Origin: Myxococcota bacterium
Lineage (GTDB): Bacteria; Myxococcota_A; UBA796; CAJQPC01
Direction of reading: 5' to 3'
Length of the DNA: 64,000 bases
NCBI GenBank assembly: GCA_036229005.1
Contig: JAZAMN010000020.1
Location: 128,001 to 192,000, forward strand
Position numbers and translations under genes: made by a program. This document shows positions 55,701-64,000 of the stretch, one piece after another; position 1 is the stretch's first letter, and each line of letters opens with the position of its first letter. Below the pieces are notes generated by a model. The model saw nothing but the letters and a program-made list of their open reading frames with translations. It was not told the DNA's origin and made no database searches.

Positions 55701-57176
55701 GCGCTGGCCGCCTGGGAGCTGGGCGGGGTGCACCAGCGGGCAGAGGACCTGGGGCGCGCGGAGGCTGCGTGGGTCCTCGCGATCGAGGACCCTGAGCTGG
55801 GCGAACAGGCGCTGCGGGCGCTGGCCGAGAACGCCTGGGAGGACCACCGGGCGGCGGACGCCATCGCCTTCAACGAGCGCCTCCAGCGGCGCTACCCCGA
55901 CAGCCCACCCCTCCCGGCACAGACCTGGGCGCAGGCCGACGCGCGCCACAGCACCCTGGACTTCCGCGGCGCGATCCCGCCCCAGGTCTGGGTCCAGAGC
56001 CACGGTCTGCAGGTGACCGGCGACGGCCTGCGCATCTCCCGGGCCCAGGACACCATCCTGCTGCGCATCCCCCTCCAGTGGGACGGCCACAGCCCCCTGC
56101 GCGTGGAGCTGGACGCAAACATCGAGCGCCTCGAGTGGGGCAGCGGCCTGCGGGTGAGCCTGGAGGACAGCGCGGGCGGCTGGTTCCTGGGGCAGATCTT
56201 CGGGATGGGGGGCGCACAGGCCGTGGGCGCCGAGCTCTCCTGCGGGGACGGTCAGCGGCGACGGCCCGCCCGGGTGCTGCCCCAGGACGCCGCGCTGGTC
56301 GAGCTCTCGGGCCTGTGGACCTTCACCTTTGGGCCGGAGCGCAGCCGCTGCCACCACCCCGCGTGGCCCCAGAGCGTCTCCATGGACATCGCGCGCCCCC
56401 TGTCACCGGGCCGGGTCGACCTGCTGATCGGCAGCTCCTCCTACGCCAGCGCCAACGAGGCCCGCTCGCTGCTCCGCAGCATCGAGATCCACGGCGCCGA
56501 GCTGCTGGAGCTCCCCGAGCCCACCCCCACCCTGCGGGCCGCCGCCCACGGTGAACTCAGCCAAGATGGAGACCTGGAGACGCAGCTTCGCCGCCTGATG
56601 TCGCAGGGTCGCCGCGAGGCCGTGCAGGCGCTCTGGGACGCCCAGCCGGAGCTCCCTCCCTTTGTGGGCGCGCTGCTGCGGGAGCGCCCCGATCTGTGGA
56701 TCCCCATCCTGTGGGCCGACCCCCAAGCCGACCCCCTGAGCGTGTACGGACTCGCCCTCATCGGGGCGCTCGCCCAGCACCCCGGCGACCCCGAGCTGGA
56801 CGGGGAGATCCTGGAGCTCCGCGGCCTGGAGTCCATGGACCACCCCGACCCCGAGCTGCTGGCGCTGCTGCTCTTCATCCGCGGCGAGGCCCTGCTCCGG
56901 AGGGGCGATCTCGCCAGCGCCCGCGCCCACCTGGAGCGCTCCCAGGCCCTGCAGCCCACCCCCCTGAGCGCCGGCCGCGCCCTGGTACAGCTCGAGCTCG
57001 CGGCGGGCGATCCGGACGCGGCGATGGACCTGGCCCTGGAGCTGGTCAGCGGGCAGCGCTACACCGTCGCGGACCACCTGGCGCTGCACCCCGCCTTGAG
57101 CGACCTGCACACCCACCCCCGCTGGCCCGAGCTGGAGGCCGCCCGCGCCCTTGAGGAGCCCCCGCCGCCCCGCTAA
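52734..57176 (+). CDS. Tandem dual Ser/Thr kinase with TM, TPR-like and FG-GAP repeats
   Basis: Kinase 1 LGEGSSAIVY/AMK/HGDLSPQN/DLG; kinase 2 GRGAMGEV/VALK/HRDLKPAN/DFG/GTPAYMAPE; ADVDGDG, GDLDGDGDEE. Confidence 0.88.
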   Translation: MIPSHASGASIGNWSLDWRLGEGSSAIVYRCVNATGLVAAMKLARDALARPRIEREAQTLARGLHPALPRLLEHLDGGFVMELIQGSSLRGLVVEAATAAGIGAQLSQALGALHAAGLAHGDLSPQNVLVDRSGDTRLIDLGGVCGADEVTRAHTTGFAAPEPEPTGADQDRYALGALLQGLADAPPPEMAAVIRALLSPDPAQRPRMDQVFHALDPLATRPGAVVAATLAEAATQLPIEPGPFGRYTLERRRGRGAMGEVWQAQDGVLRRKVALKLSFSEQGRFLREARALARLDHPSLVRLLDFGQQDGRSFLAMDLVEGPSLQARLEAGPLSEAELLPLAQAIAEGLAAVHHAGLLHRDLKPANILLAPEGPRLADFGLASSAEGSQLTQDGARLGTPAYMAPEQARGEPLTPAADVYGLGATLYRAISGRRPFPGSDPVQVLAQVSAGPPPRLEQGSPGLRALVARCMAAHPADRPQDGQALVAELERLARGQSIQAPSALRPWLRQHRGGLTLGLAGLLAAGATFWAATGRQARLAERAQIVQQQQVAALEAQAAELALRDPQAALRLLTEGLEAPPLRDSAAAAQAWLRHARDLDARGDLSGADQARARAFIHHPQPAQVLAELGLSLQAQGQLEAARQVGWILAELPDPSPESDALIAAARVASGDLAGAQGPLRSVLMALDASELVPDPGAAAQPLHQGSPLPAHTQVTQLPDSATPEWIYAEEGVWGLDPDSGARRELVTPIPGSHEDLLLAQVKPGGAPELVLPSGAWGPFDLRVFSSAEPAPYPLLVRLPVGHISSLAALPHPDGDLMLLPIRHLYGSREVFPQGDPEGLGAGLHVLGLRGGRLQVLDSFWDEQGYDQVFSADVDGDGRLEGFAQSADHLLVVAERQGRVHHQWIAGVDASRRAGDLDGDGDEELYARVDGQWRVLGSGDQPFPRSGPPPSTQVAQAQVRRAVQLDELGLHEASISSLERLLSDPELRALAAWELGGVHQRAEDLGRAEAAWVLAIEDPELGEQALRALAENAWEDHRAADAIAFNERLQRRYPDSPPLPAQTWAQADARHSTLDFRGAIPPQVWVQSHGLQVTGDGLRISRAQDTILLRIPLQWDGHSPLRVELDANIERLEWGSGLRVSLEDSAGGWFLGQIFGMGGAQAVGAELSCGDGQRRRPARVLPQDAALVELSGLWTFTFGPERSRCHHPAWPQSVSMDIARPLSPGRVDLLIGSSSYASANEARSLLRSIEIHGAELLELPEPTPTLRAAAHGELSQDGDLETQLRRLMSQGRREAVQALWDAQPELPPFVGALLRERPDLWIPILWADPQADPLSVYGLALIGALAQHPGDPELDGEILELRGLESMDHPDPELLALLLFIRGEALLRRGDLASARAHLERSQALQPTPLSAGRALVQLELAAGDPDAAMDLALELVSGQRYTVADHLALHPALSDLHTHPRWPELEAARALEEPPPPR

Positions 57177-57186
57177 CGTTCAGGGC

Positions 57187-58077
57187 ATGGGCTCCCTGAT
57201 TCCCCCCAACGGCCACCCCGTCGCTCTGTCCGCGCGCAGCGTCCTGGGGCGCGCCCCCGGCTGCCAGATCCAGGTCTCCGATCCCCGCGTGAGCGGCGAA
57301 CACCTGGTGCTCACCTGGAGCGGTGGGTGCTGGCACGTCCGGGACCTGGGGAGCAGCAATGGCACCTGGCTTGACGGGGAGCGCCTGCACCCCGGAGACA
57401 AGCGTCCCCTTCGCACTGGCTCTGCACTGGGGCTCGCCAGCGAGGACACGCTCTGGCGCTTGGGGGACGCCAGCCCTCCCGGTGCGGTGGCGCGCTGCGA
57501 TGACGGCCGGGTGGTCCGCGCACAGGGCGGCGTGCTCCTGCTGCCCGATGACCGCAGCCCCCGCCTGGCGCTCTTTGAGCGCTCCGGCGCCTGGGTGCGC
57601 GAAGACAGCGACGCCACCGTCCGCAGCGGCGACACCCTGGAGCTGGACGGCGCGCGCTGGGTCCTGGAGCTCCCCCATGGCCTCCCCGCCACGCTGGAGG
57701 CTGAGCGCGCACCGGAGCTGCACTTCCAGGTCTCCCCGGACGAGGAGTACTGCACCATCACCCTGCACCACGGTGAGCGCCGGGTGGAGCACGGCCCCCG
57801 CAGCTTCAACTACCTGCTGCTCACCCTGGCCCGCCTGCGCGAGCAGGACCACCAGCTCCCCACCGCGAACCGCGGCTGGGTGCACCAGGAGGACCTGGCC
57901 CGCATGCTGCGTCTGGAGCCCACCACCATCAACGTCCAGATCTACCGGGCCCGCCAGGCGCTGGGCGTGCTCGTGGCCGGTCTGGGCACCGAGCTGATCG
58001 AGCGTCGGGCCCGCACCCGCCAGCTCCGCCTGGGGGTGGAGCGCTTCCGGATCACCCAGATCGGCGACTACTCGTAG
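57187..58077 (+). CDS. FHA domain plus C-terminal HTH protein
   Basis: LGR..., VSGEH, RDLGSSNGTWLDG; C-terminal LARMLRL...INVQIYRARQAL. Confidence 0.82.
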   Translation: MGSLIPPNGHPVALSARSVLGRAPGCQIQVSDPRVSGEHLVLTWSGGCWHVRDLGSSNGTWLDGERLHPGDKRPLRTGSALGLASEDTLWRLGDASPPGAVARCDDGRVVRAQGGVLLLPDDRSPRLALFERSGAWVREDSDATVRSGDTLELDGARWVLELPHGLPATLEAERAPELHFQVSPDEEYCTITLHHGERRVEHGPRSFNYLLLTLARLREQDHQLPTANRGWVHQEDLARMLRLEPTTINVQIYRARQALGVLVAGLGTELIERRARTRQLRLGVERFRITQIGDYS

Positions 58078-58841
58078 CGGTAGCCCGCGCCGCTCACGAA
58101 GGGGTAGGCCGCCAGCCCCTCGTCCAGCATCCGGTCCACCGTCAGGGTGAGCACGTTGGTGGGCAGGCCCAGGTCCGCGCGCACCTCGTTCACCAGGTCG
58201 GTCACCAGGATCTGGTCGGCGCCGAAGCCGGCCACCATGCTCGCTGCGGCCTCCTCTTCTCCGGGCTCCATGCCCACGATCACCCAGTCCGCGCCCACAA
58301 AGCGCTCCTGGGCCCCGCGCAGCCACTCGGCGTCGGTCCCGCGGTGCAGCGCCAGGCCCAGGTGCAGCAGGCGCTTGCCGTTGGGGAAGGTGAGCTGGAC
58401 CACCTGGGGGCGGGAGGCCGGGGGCTTGTCCCGCTTGAGCAGCTTGCGGGCGGCCGAGCTGGGCTTGCGCAGGGCGGCGACCGCCTTGACCCACACCTCG
58501 TCCGGGGTGCGGGGCGTGTAGTCCAGGGCCTCCACGGAGACCTGCTTGTCCACCTGACCGCCCAGGGGGCGGAAGTCGCCTTGGCCCTGCTGCTGCAGCC
58601 AGCCGCTCAGGGACTCGTCGGCCATCACGCGCAGGCGGGTCCCGCCGCGCAGCGCCTTGAGGGTCCCCTTGAGCCGCTCGGGCACGTGCCAGGTCAGGAT
58701 CACCTGGTCCTCTTCGGTGGGGGCCTGGGCCGGGTCGAAGAGGAAGCGCCGCCCGGACCACTCCACATGCACGCCAGCGTAGCCGTGGTGGGAGAGCCGG
58801 AGGGTCCAGGGGAAGGGCATGCCAGAGGCAGTCGTCGTCAT
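58068..58841 (-). CDS. Metallo-beta-lactamase-fold-like protein with degenerate metal motif
   Basis: GYAGVHVE...FLFDP strand; THxHxDH position reads TWHVPER. Confidence 0.55.
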   Translation of the reverse strand: MTTTASGMPFPWTLRLSHHGYAGVHVEWSGRRFLFDPAQAPTEEDQVILTWHVPERLKGTLKALRGGTRLRVMADESLSGWLQQQGQGDFRPLGGQVDKQVSVEALDYTPRTPDEVWVKAVAALRKPSSAARKLLKRDKPPASRPQVVQLTFPNGKRLLHLGLALHRGTDAEWLRGAQERFVGADWVIVGMEPGEEEAAASMVAGFGADQILVTDLVNEVRADLGLPTNVLTLTVDRMLDEGLAAYPFVSGAGYRYE

Positions 58842-59785
58842 GTCCAGAGCACCGCGTGGAGGTGTCCGACGGCCCAGTCGAGCTCGTCGGCGGTAACAGT
58901 CATCGGGGGGCAGATGTGTAGCGCATCCGAGCCCGCGACGTGCACGAAGAGTCCGGCATCCCGCAGCTTGCGCGCCACCTTCTCCGCCCCGCCGAGCCGC
59001 TCGTGGGGCACCAGCACGGCGTAGAGCCCCAGGGCGTCCAGCGCGCTCACCAGCTCTCCGGGGAGCTTGCGCAGCTCCACGAACAGGTGCTTGCCCAGCG
59101 CGCGCCCCGTGGGCATCAGCTCGGAGACCTGCTCCAGGGCCACCTGAGCGCAGCGACCCGCCAGAGCGCCAGCGCCAAACTCCAGCTCCAACGCCGAGAC
59201 CTCCTTGGGTCCCAGCAGCGCTCCAGCGCGCACCACGCCCGCGCCCAGGCCCTCGCCGAGCACCACCAGATCGGGCGCCAGGCCCTCGTGCTGGTAGGCA
59301 AAGAGCTTGCCCGTGCGGCCCAGTCCGGTGCGCCGCTCGTCCAGGATCAGAGGCACCCCAGCGGCTCTGGCGGCCTCGGAGACCTCACCCAGCCAGCCCT
59401 CGGGTGCGAGCCGGGCCCCTGCCAGGCCAGCGACCACCGCGCTGCAGCCGTCCGGAAGGTGCACCGACGCACCCCCATACAGACGCGCCACCTCTCCTCC
59501 CCCCACAAAACGCAGGGCGAGCGCCATGGCCTGATCGCCGCTCCCCGTCAGCCGGGCCCCCGCGAAGGGGGTGCGCTCCAGCAGCATGGCCTCGGCCGCC
59601 CGCTCGGCCTCCGTGGGGAAGGGGCAGAGGGCCAGATCCTGGAGCTGCGCGATCGCCGCCTGCACCGCCTGGGCCTGTCGGTAGCCCAAGGTCAGCTCAG
59701 GACGGGACAGGTCCATGCGAGGAACCCAGAGGTCGTTGCGCACCCAAGCGCCGTCGGCCTGGGCCACCAGGAAGGGGTCGGACAC
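58838..59785 (-). CDS. Class III aminotransferase-like protein lacking the catalytic Lys
   Basis: SGDQAMALAL, LILDERRTGLGRTGKLFA..HEG..PDLVVLG-E-GLGAG, ICPPM. Confidence 0.8.
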   Translation of the reverse strand: MSDPFLVAQADGAWVRNDLWVPRMDLSRPELTLGYRQAQAVQAAIAQLQDLALCPFPTEAERAAEAMLLERTPFAGARLTGSGDQAMALALRFVGGGEVARLYGGASVHLPDGCSAVVAGLAGARLAPEGWLGEVSEAARAAGVPLILDERRTGLGRTGKLFAYQHEGLAPDLVVLGEGLGAGVVRAGALLGPKEVSALELEFGAGALAGRCAQVALEQVSELMPTGRALGKHLFVELRKLPGELVSALDALGLYAVLVPHERLGGAEKVARKLRDAGLFVHVAGSDALHICPPMTVTADELDWAVGHLHAVLWT

Positions 59786-59888
59786 GAGCGCACTCCAGCA
59801 GGACAGCGACCATAGCCCGGGTGAGTCTTGCGCCCCACTGCACAGCCCCCTCCGCTTTGCATATGCTGCGCGGAAACCTGGAGGGCAG

Positions 59889-61004
59889 ATGCCCCGCTAC
59901 CGCGCACCCGACTTTTCGGCTCTGGGCCTGGATCAGACCCCAGACTGCCGCTTCGCCCCCGCCCCCGCGGACACGGTGCTCCCGGACGGCTTTCTATGCA
60001 CGACCAACTTCCCGACCTACGTGCGCGTCGGGGGCCAGTGGCGCATGCCCGACGACCCCCGGATGGACAGCCACGTGGTGTGGGATCCGGAGCAGGACAA
60101 GCTGGCCATTCGGGAGTTTCGCTGCATCAAACAGGGCGACCTGGTCGCGGTCGCCACGGCCGAGGACGGCAGCGAGGGTGTGTTCGTCTGGGACAAGGGC
60201 TTCGAGCACCCGGTGGAGGGAGAGGGAGGGCCGGATGATGCCTTCTCGTTCATGTCCTCCGACGTGAGCCGGGAGAAGCCCGTCAACTACGATGGACTGC
60301 TGGCCGCATTCGAGGACAACCGCGGCGAGAAGGGCCACATCCTCTGGGTGATCGGCCCCGCGCTGGTGCACTCCCGGGGCCGCGCCGCCATGGAGTGGAT
60401 GATCCGCCAGGGCTACTGCCACGGCCTGCTCACCGGCAACGCCGTGCCGGTGCACGACATCGAGATGGCGCTCTTTGGCAGCTCCCTGGGCATGCACTGC
60501 GACGGCAGCGTGGCCCCCGGCGGCCACAACCTGCACATGAAGGCCATCAACGCGGTCAAGCGCGCCGGCTCGATCCAGGCCATCTGCGAGAGCGGTCAGG
60601 TCGACGCCGGCATCATGAAGGCGGCCGTGGACTGCGGCGTGCCCTACGTGATCGCTGGCAGCATCCGGGACGACGGCCCGCTGCCGGACACCATCACCGA
60701 CGCCGCCCAGGCCCAGGCCGCCATGCGCGAGCACACCACCAAGGCCACCATGGTCGTGATGGTGGCCACCGCGCTTCACGCCATCGCCGTGGGCAACATG
60801 CTGCCCACCTTCTGCGTGCGCCCCGACGGCAGCCTGGACGAGCTGGCCACCATCGTGGTGGACCAGACCGAGTTCCTGGTCGCCAAGCTCAAGGACCGGG
60901 GGACACACCAGGCCTTTGGGGTGGTGACCAACGCCCAGGACTTCATGCGGGTGCTGCAGCTTGAGCTGCAGGGGCGCGGGGGCGGCGCTGGCCCCATCGA
61001 ATAG
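59889..61004 (+). CDS. LOR/SDH-family ornithine cyclodeaminase-like protein (ArgZ/AgrE C-terminal type)
   Basis: PDGF..TTNFPT, RMD, FMSSDVSREK, GPALVH, GNAVPVHDIE, IAGSIRDDGPLPD, LHAIAVGN, KLKDRG. Confidence 0.85.
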   Translation: MPRYRAPDFSALGLDQTPDCRFAPAPADTVLPDGFLCTTNFPTYVRVGGQWRMPDDPRMDSHVVWDPEQDKLAIREFRCIKQGDLVAVATAEDGSEGVFVWDKGFEHPVEGEGGPDDAFSFMSSDVSREKPVNYDGLLAAFEDNRGEKGHILWVIGPALVHSRGRAAMEWMIRQGYCHGLLTGNAVPVHDIEMALFGSSLGMHCDGSVAPGGHNLHMKAINAVKRAGSIQAICESGQVDAGIMKAAVDCGVPYVIAGSIRDDGPLPDTITDAAQAQAAMREHTTKATMVVMVATALHAIAVGNMLPTFCVRPDGSLDELATIVVDQTEFLVAKLKDRGTHQAFGVVTNAQDFMRVLQLELQGRGGGAGPIE

Positions 61005-61048
61005 ACTGGCCCCGTCCCGGGTCTGATGCCCCGAACTGGAGATCCCCA

Positions 61049-61615
61049 ATGCACCTGCTCGCTCTGCTCGCGCTCCCCTTCGCCGCGCCCCAGCTCTCCG
61101 ACCTGCTGGTCGCACAGGACGCCGTCGAGGCCCCCGCTGCACAGGCCCCCGAAGTCCAGGACAGCGTCCAGACCTTCACGGGCACCTACAAGGTCAAGGG
61201 CAGCGCCGAGGCTCAGCGCCAGAAGCTGGACAAGCTGGCGGAGGAGGCGGCGGCCGACTTCCCCTTCTACGCCAAGAGCATCGCGGAGGGCCGCCTCAAG
61301 GAGGCCATCACCATGTGCGAGGTCTACGACATCGACCTGCAGGCCGACACCTGGATGAACAAGTGCGACGCGCTGCCGGCGCTGAACCGCCCCATCGACG
61401 GGAGCGCCACCACCTGGCAGGGCGCGAACGGCCCCGTGACCACCACCATCAAGCGCATGGACAACACCGTGGTGCTGCGCCTCAAGACGGAGTCCGGGAC
61501 CCGGGTGAACACCTTCAAGTTCCACGACGACGACACCATGACCCTGCACGTGACGCTGGTGTCCGACAGCCTGGAGAAGCCCGTGAAGTGGGTGATTCCC
61601 TACGTCAAGGGGTAG
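61049..61615 (+). CDS. Hypothetical exported protein
   Basis: Short signal MHLLALLALPFA; RBS GGAG; beta-rich C-terminus. Confidence 0.7.
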   Translation: MHLLALLALPFAAPQLSDLLVAQDAVEAPAAQAPEVQDSVQTFTGTYKVKGSAEAQRQKLDKLAEEAAADFPFYAKSIAEGRLKEAITMCEVYDIDLQADTWMNKCDALPALNRPIDGSATTWQGANGPVTTTIKRMDNTVVLRLKTESGTRVNTFKFHDDDTMTLHVTLVSDSLEKPVKWVIPYVKG

Positions 61616-61789
61616 TTCTCCGAAGCATGAGTTCCGACACTCTTCGCGTGCCGGAGCTCTTGCTCCAGAGAACTATTGTCTTCTCCGGGGGACACCCCCG
61701 GAAATGCGCCTTGCGGCGCAGCCCCCGCGGGCCCACTCGGGCCCGTGTTCTGCCGGACGGGCCTGTTTGGAACTCTTGCCCGGCAGAAC
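61613..61789 (+). repeat. Multi-hairpin dispersed element, copy 2
   Basis: Same stems as 17444-17624 with different loops. Confidence 0.85.
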
Positions 61790-61829
61790 CAGCCCAACAG
61801 GGCTGGGGTCCCCCCCCGGGGGGCTGGGC

Positions 61830-62555
61830 TCAGGCCTGTTCGTCCACCAGCTTCTGCCACTGGGCGATCATGTGGGTCATGCCCACCAGCCCCAGGGGGA
61901 TGGTGACGAACATGCCGACGTAGCAGGCCATCACGCCCACGCTGCCGAGCATGTTGAACACGATCGCGCCCAGCACCACCATGATGTAGGCGCCGCTGTT
62001 GGCCTTGATGGCCGCGATGGACAGCTTGGGGGAGGCGATGGGGAAGCTCTCCCCCGTGAAGCCCCGCCGGATCAGCTCGGGCATGGCCACGTTCAGGCCC
62101 AGCGCGCCGACCATGGCCAGCAGGCCGACCAGCATGCCGATCAGCCCCATGATCAGCCCGGCGATGGTCTCAATCCCGGTGCCGCGGGTCGCCTCTCCGA
62201 TCAGCGCGAAGGGCAGGGTGAAGAGCTGCAGCACAAAGATGAGCGCGCCGAAGCCAAAGCCCACGCTGAACACCGCCAGGAAGGGGGCCCAGCCCTTCTC
62301 GAGCTGCTTGCCGAAGTCCAGGCTGGGCAGCGTGTCCTCGCCGGCGCGCACCCGCTCAAAGATCTCCCGGCACCAGCCGAGCAAGACGACATACCCGACA
62401 ATGGGGATCAGCGTGATCAGCCCCATCATCCCCGCCTTCTGGACCCACTGAGGGTCCTTGGTCAGGAAGGAAAAGGCCGCCCCGATGTCCACGGTTCCAG
62501 TGCTGGGAACCCCGCCCCCGCCACCAGCGGGGGGCTGCTTCTGCTTGATCTCCAC
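61830..62555 (-). CDS. DUF4013-like membrane protein
   Basis: DIGAAFSF..KDPQW, LIPIVG.V.L.GW, multiple TMs; RBS AGGAGG. Confidence 0.78.
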   Translation of the reverse strand: MEIKQKQPPAGGGGGVPSTGTVDIGAAFSFLTKDPQWVQKAGMMGLITLIPIVGYVVLLGWCREIFERVRAGEDTLPSLDFGKQLEKGWAPFLAVFSVGFGFGALIFVLQLFTLPFALIGEATRGTGIETIAGLIMGLIGMLVGLLAMVGALGLNVAMPELIRRGFTGESFPIASPKLSIAAIKANSGAYIMVVLGAIVFNMLGSVGVMACYVGMFVTIPLGLVGMTHMIAQWQKLVDEQA

Positions 62556-62656
62556 GAGACCTCCTGGCGGGAGTCTGCCACAGCCCTCAGGAGAAGACTG
62601 ACATCGGCCCTCAAGTCGCGGCCCATCGGACCGATTGCGCTGCCATCGGAGGCCCC

Positions 62657-63517
62657 TTGGACAACCACCTCACCCGCTTTGACGACCGCTTTGGCATCCC
62701 CGCTTGCGAGACCGGCTCCGCGCCGGTGTTCCTGCTCTCCGCGGGTTGGCGCAGCGGGAGCACCCTGCTGCAGCGCCTGCTGGGGAGCAGCGGAGAGCTG
62801 CTGATGTGGGGGGAGCCCTACGGACGCGCCGGGCTCATCCCCGCCATGACCCGCGCGAGCTTCTGCCTGCGGGAGGAGTGGCCCAACGAGATGCACTGCC
62901 GGGTCCCCGACGCCCCCGAGCGCCAGGAGGCCTGGATCGCCAACATGTACCCGGAGCCCGCCGCCCTCAAGGCCAGCTTCCGGGCGCAGCTCGACACCCT
63001 GTTCGCCCAGCCCGCCGCCGCCCGCGGTCACCAGCGCTGGGGCATCAAGGAGGTGCGCCTCCAGGCAATGGACGCCCGCTTCCTGCGCTGGATCTACCCG
63101 GACGCCCGCTTTGTGTTCCTGCTGCGCAGCCCCTGGGCCGCGTGGTCCTCGGCCAAGGGCATCCCCTTCTACGAGCAGTGGCCCACCCGCAAGGTCGAGA
63201 CGGTGCAGGCCTTCGCCGCCCACTGGAACAAGCTCGCTCTGTCTTTCATGCAGTGGCCCGACGACTCCGGGATGATCGTCCGCTACGAGGACCTGATCCG
63301 ACCCGGCTTCAACCTGCAGGCGCTGGCCGACCACTGCCAGCTCTCGCACATCGACCCCACGCCCCTGCAGCACAAGATCCGCGGCCTCCGCAAGGAGCCC
63401 AGCCCCCTGAGTCCCCAGGAGGTGAGCTTCATTCAGCAGGTGTGCGGGACGGCGTGCGAGGTCGCGGGCTACCGGACGCCGGTGGTGCCAGGGGTGGGTC
63501 GGCCGGCGGTAGGGTGA
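62657..63517 (+). CDS. Sulfotransferase family protein
   Basis: PAPS loop RSGSTLLQRLL, WGEP, WGIKE, YPDARFVFLLRSP, VRYEDL. Confidence 0.88.
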   Translation: MDNHLTRFDDRFGIPACETGSAPVFLLSAGWRSGSTLLQRLLGSSGELLMWGEPYGRAGLIPAMTRASFCLREEWPNEMHCRVPDAPERQEAWIANMYPEPAALKASFRAQLDTLFAQPAAARGHQRWGIKEVRLQAMDARFLRWIYPDARFVFLLRSPWAAWSSAKGIPFYEQWPTRKVETVQAFAAHWNKLALSFMQWPDDSGMIVRYEDLIRPGFNLQALADHCQLSHIDPTPLQHKIRGLRKEPSPLSPQEVSFIQQVCGTACEVAGYRTPVVPGVGRPAVG

Positions 63518-63520
63518 GGG

Positions 63521-64000
63521 TCAGTCGGTCAGGGCTTCACAGTTGTAGGTCCGAACACCGCTGGGTGTGGGTCCGATCAGGCCCTCCGGGACGGAGTAGC
63601 TCCACTCCCCGTAGTAGACTTGGACGAAGTAGGACCACTTCCCCCTCTTGACGAAGAGCGCGTCCAGGTGGTCTCTGAACACCGAGATCCACACGTCCTC
63701 TTTGACCTGGGGAATGGTGATTCGGGCCCAAGTCTCTCCACGGGCCCCCGCGACCCTGTAGGGGGGGTTCTCCAGCTCCCAACCGACTCCCTGCAGTCCG
63801 GAGCGGAGCATGGAGATCGCGATCGGGAGCATCTCCAGCTCTGGGTCATCAAAAGGCTCGAACAACTCGTCCACGTGAGCCTGGTGGAGCGCCTGTCCAT
63901 CCCAGAAGATCCGATACCGCCCCGACCTGGACTCCAGCACGAAGCGCTCGGTATCGTCGAACCAGAGGTGCGCCGACTCCGACGGCATCACGTAGCTGGG
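63521..64000 (-). CDS. Hypothetical protein, probably 5'-truncated by the window end
   Basis: Track ORF 63521..63991; frame stays open to 64000. Confidence 0.5.
   Translation of the reverse strand, partial: PSYVMPSESAHLWFDDTERFVLESRSGRYRIFWDGQALHQAHVDELFEPFDDPELEMLPIAISMLRSGLQGVGWELENPPYRVAGARGETWARITIPQVKEDVWISVFRDHLDALFVKRGKWSYFVQVYYGEWSYSVPEGLIGPTPSGVRTYNCEALTD

Overview
A very GC-rich bacterial chromosomal segment. Gene content suggests Myxococcota/deltaproteobacteria (DCDD-repeat lipoprotein, several Ser/Thr kinases, sigma54 promoters, Tad pili); this is an inference. It holds about 60 tightly packed CDSs, and I found no rRNA, tRNA, transposase, phage or CRISPR-cas genes. Recognisable loci: a GldA/F/G-type ABC transporter; a metal-homeostasis cluster (VIT1, DUF481 barrel, COG0523 GTPase plus flavoprotein behind a Zur-like box); an AAA-ATPase-gpsA-cNMP-aldolase operon; a gshB-like gene; an ECF sigma/anti-sigma pair; radC; lgt; a Tad pilus operon with a CpaE-CpaF fusion; dksA; a UbiA-family gene; two FHA-wHTH/receptor-kinase pairs; and an ornithine-cyclodeaminase-like gene. 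The most unusual signals are: (1) a hidden UxxC selenoprotein lipoprotein with a SECIS-like hairpin, split in two by the ORF track; (2) a ~180-bp multi-hairpin element in three copies, each starting on a stop codon; (3) two intergenic inverted arrays of bipartite motifs that are unrelated in sequence but share an exact 31-bp period; (4) many apparently leaderless starts and ultra-short uncharged signal peptides, alongside a divergent Lgt; (5) an operon of two apparent pseudo-enzymes. All family calls come from motif recognition by eye; no database was searched.
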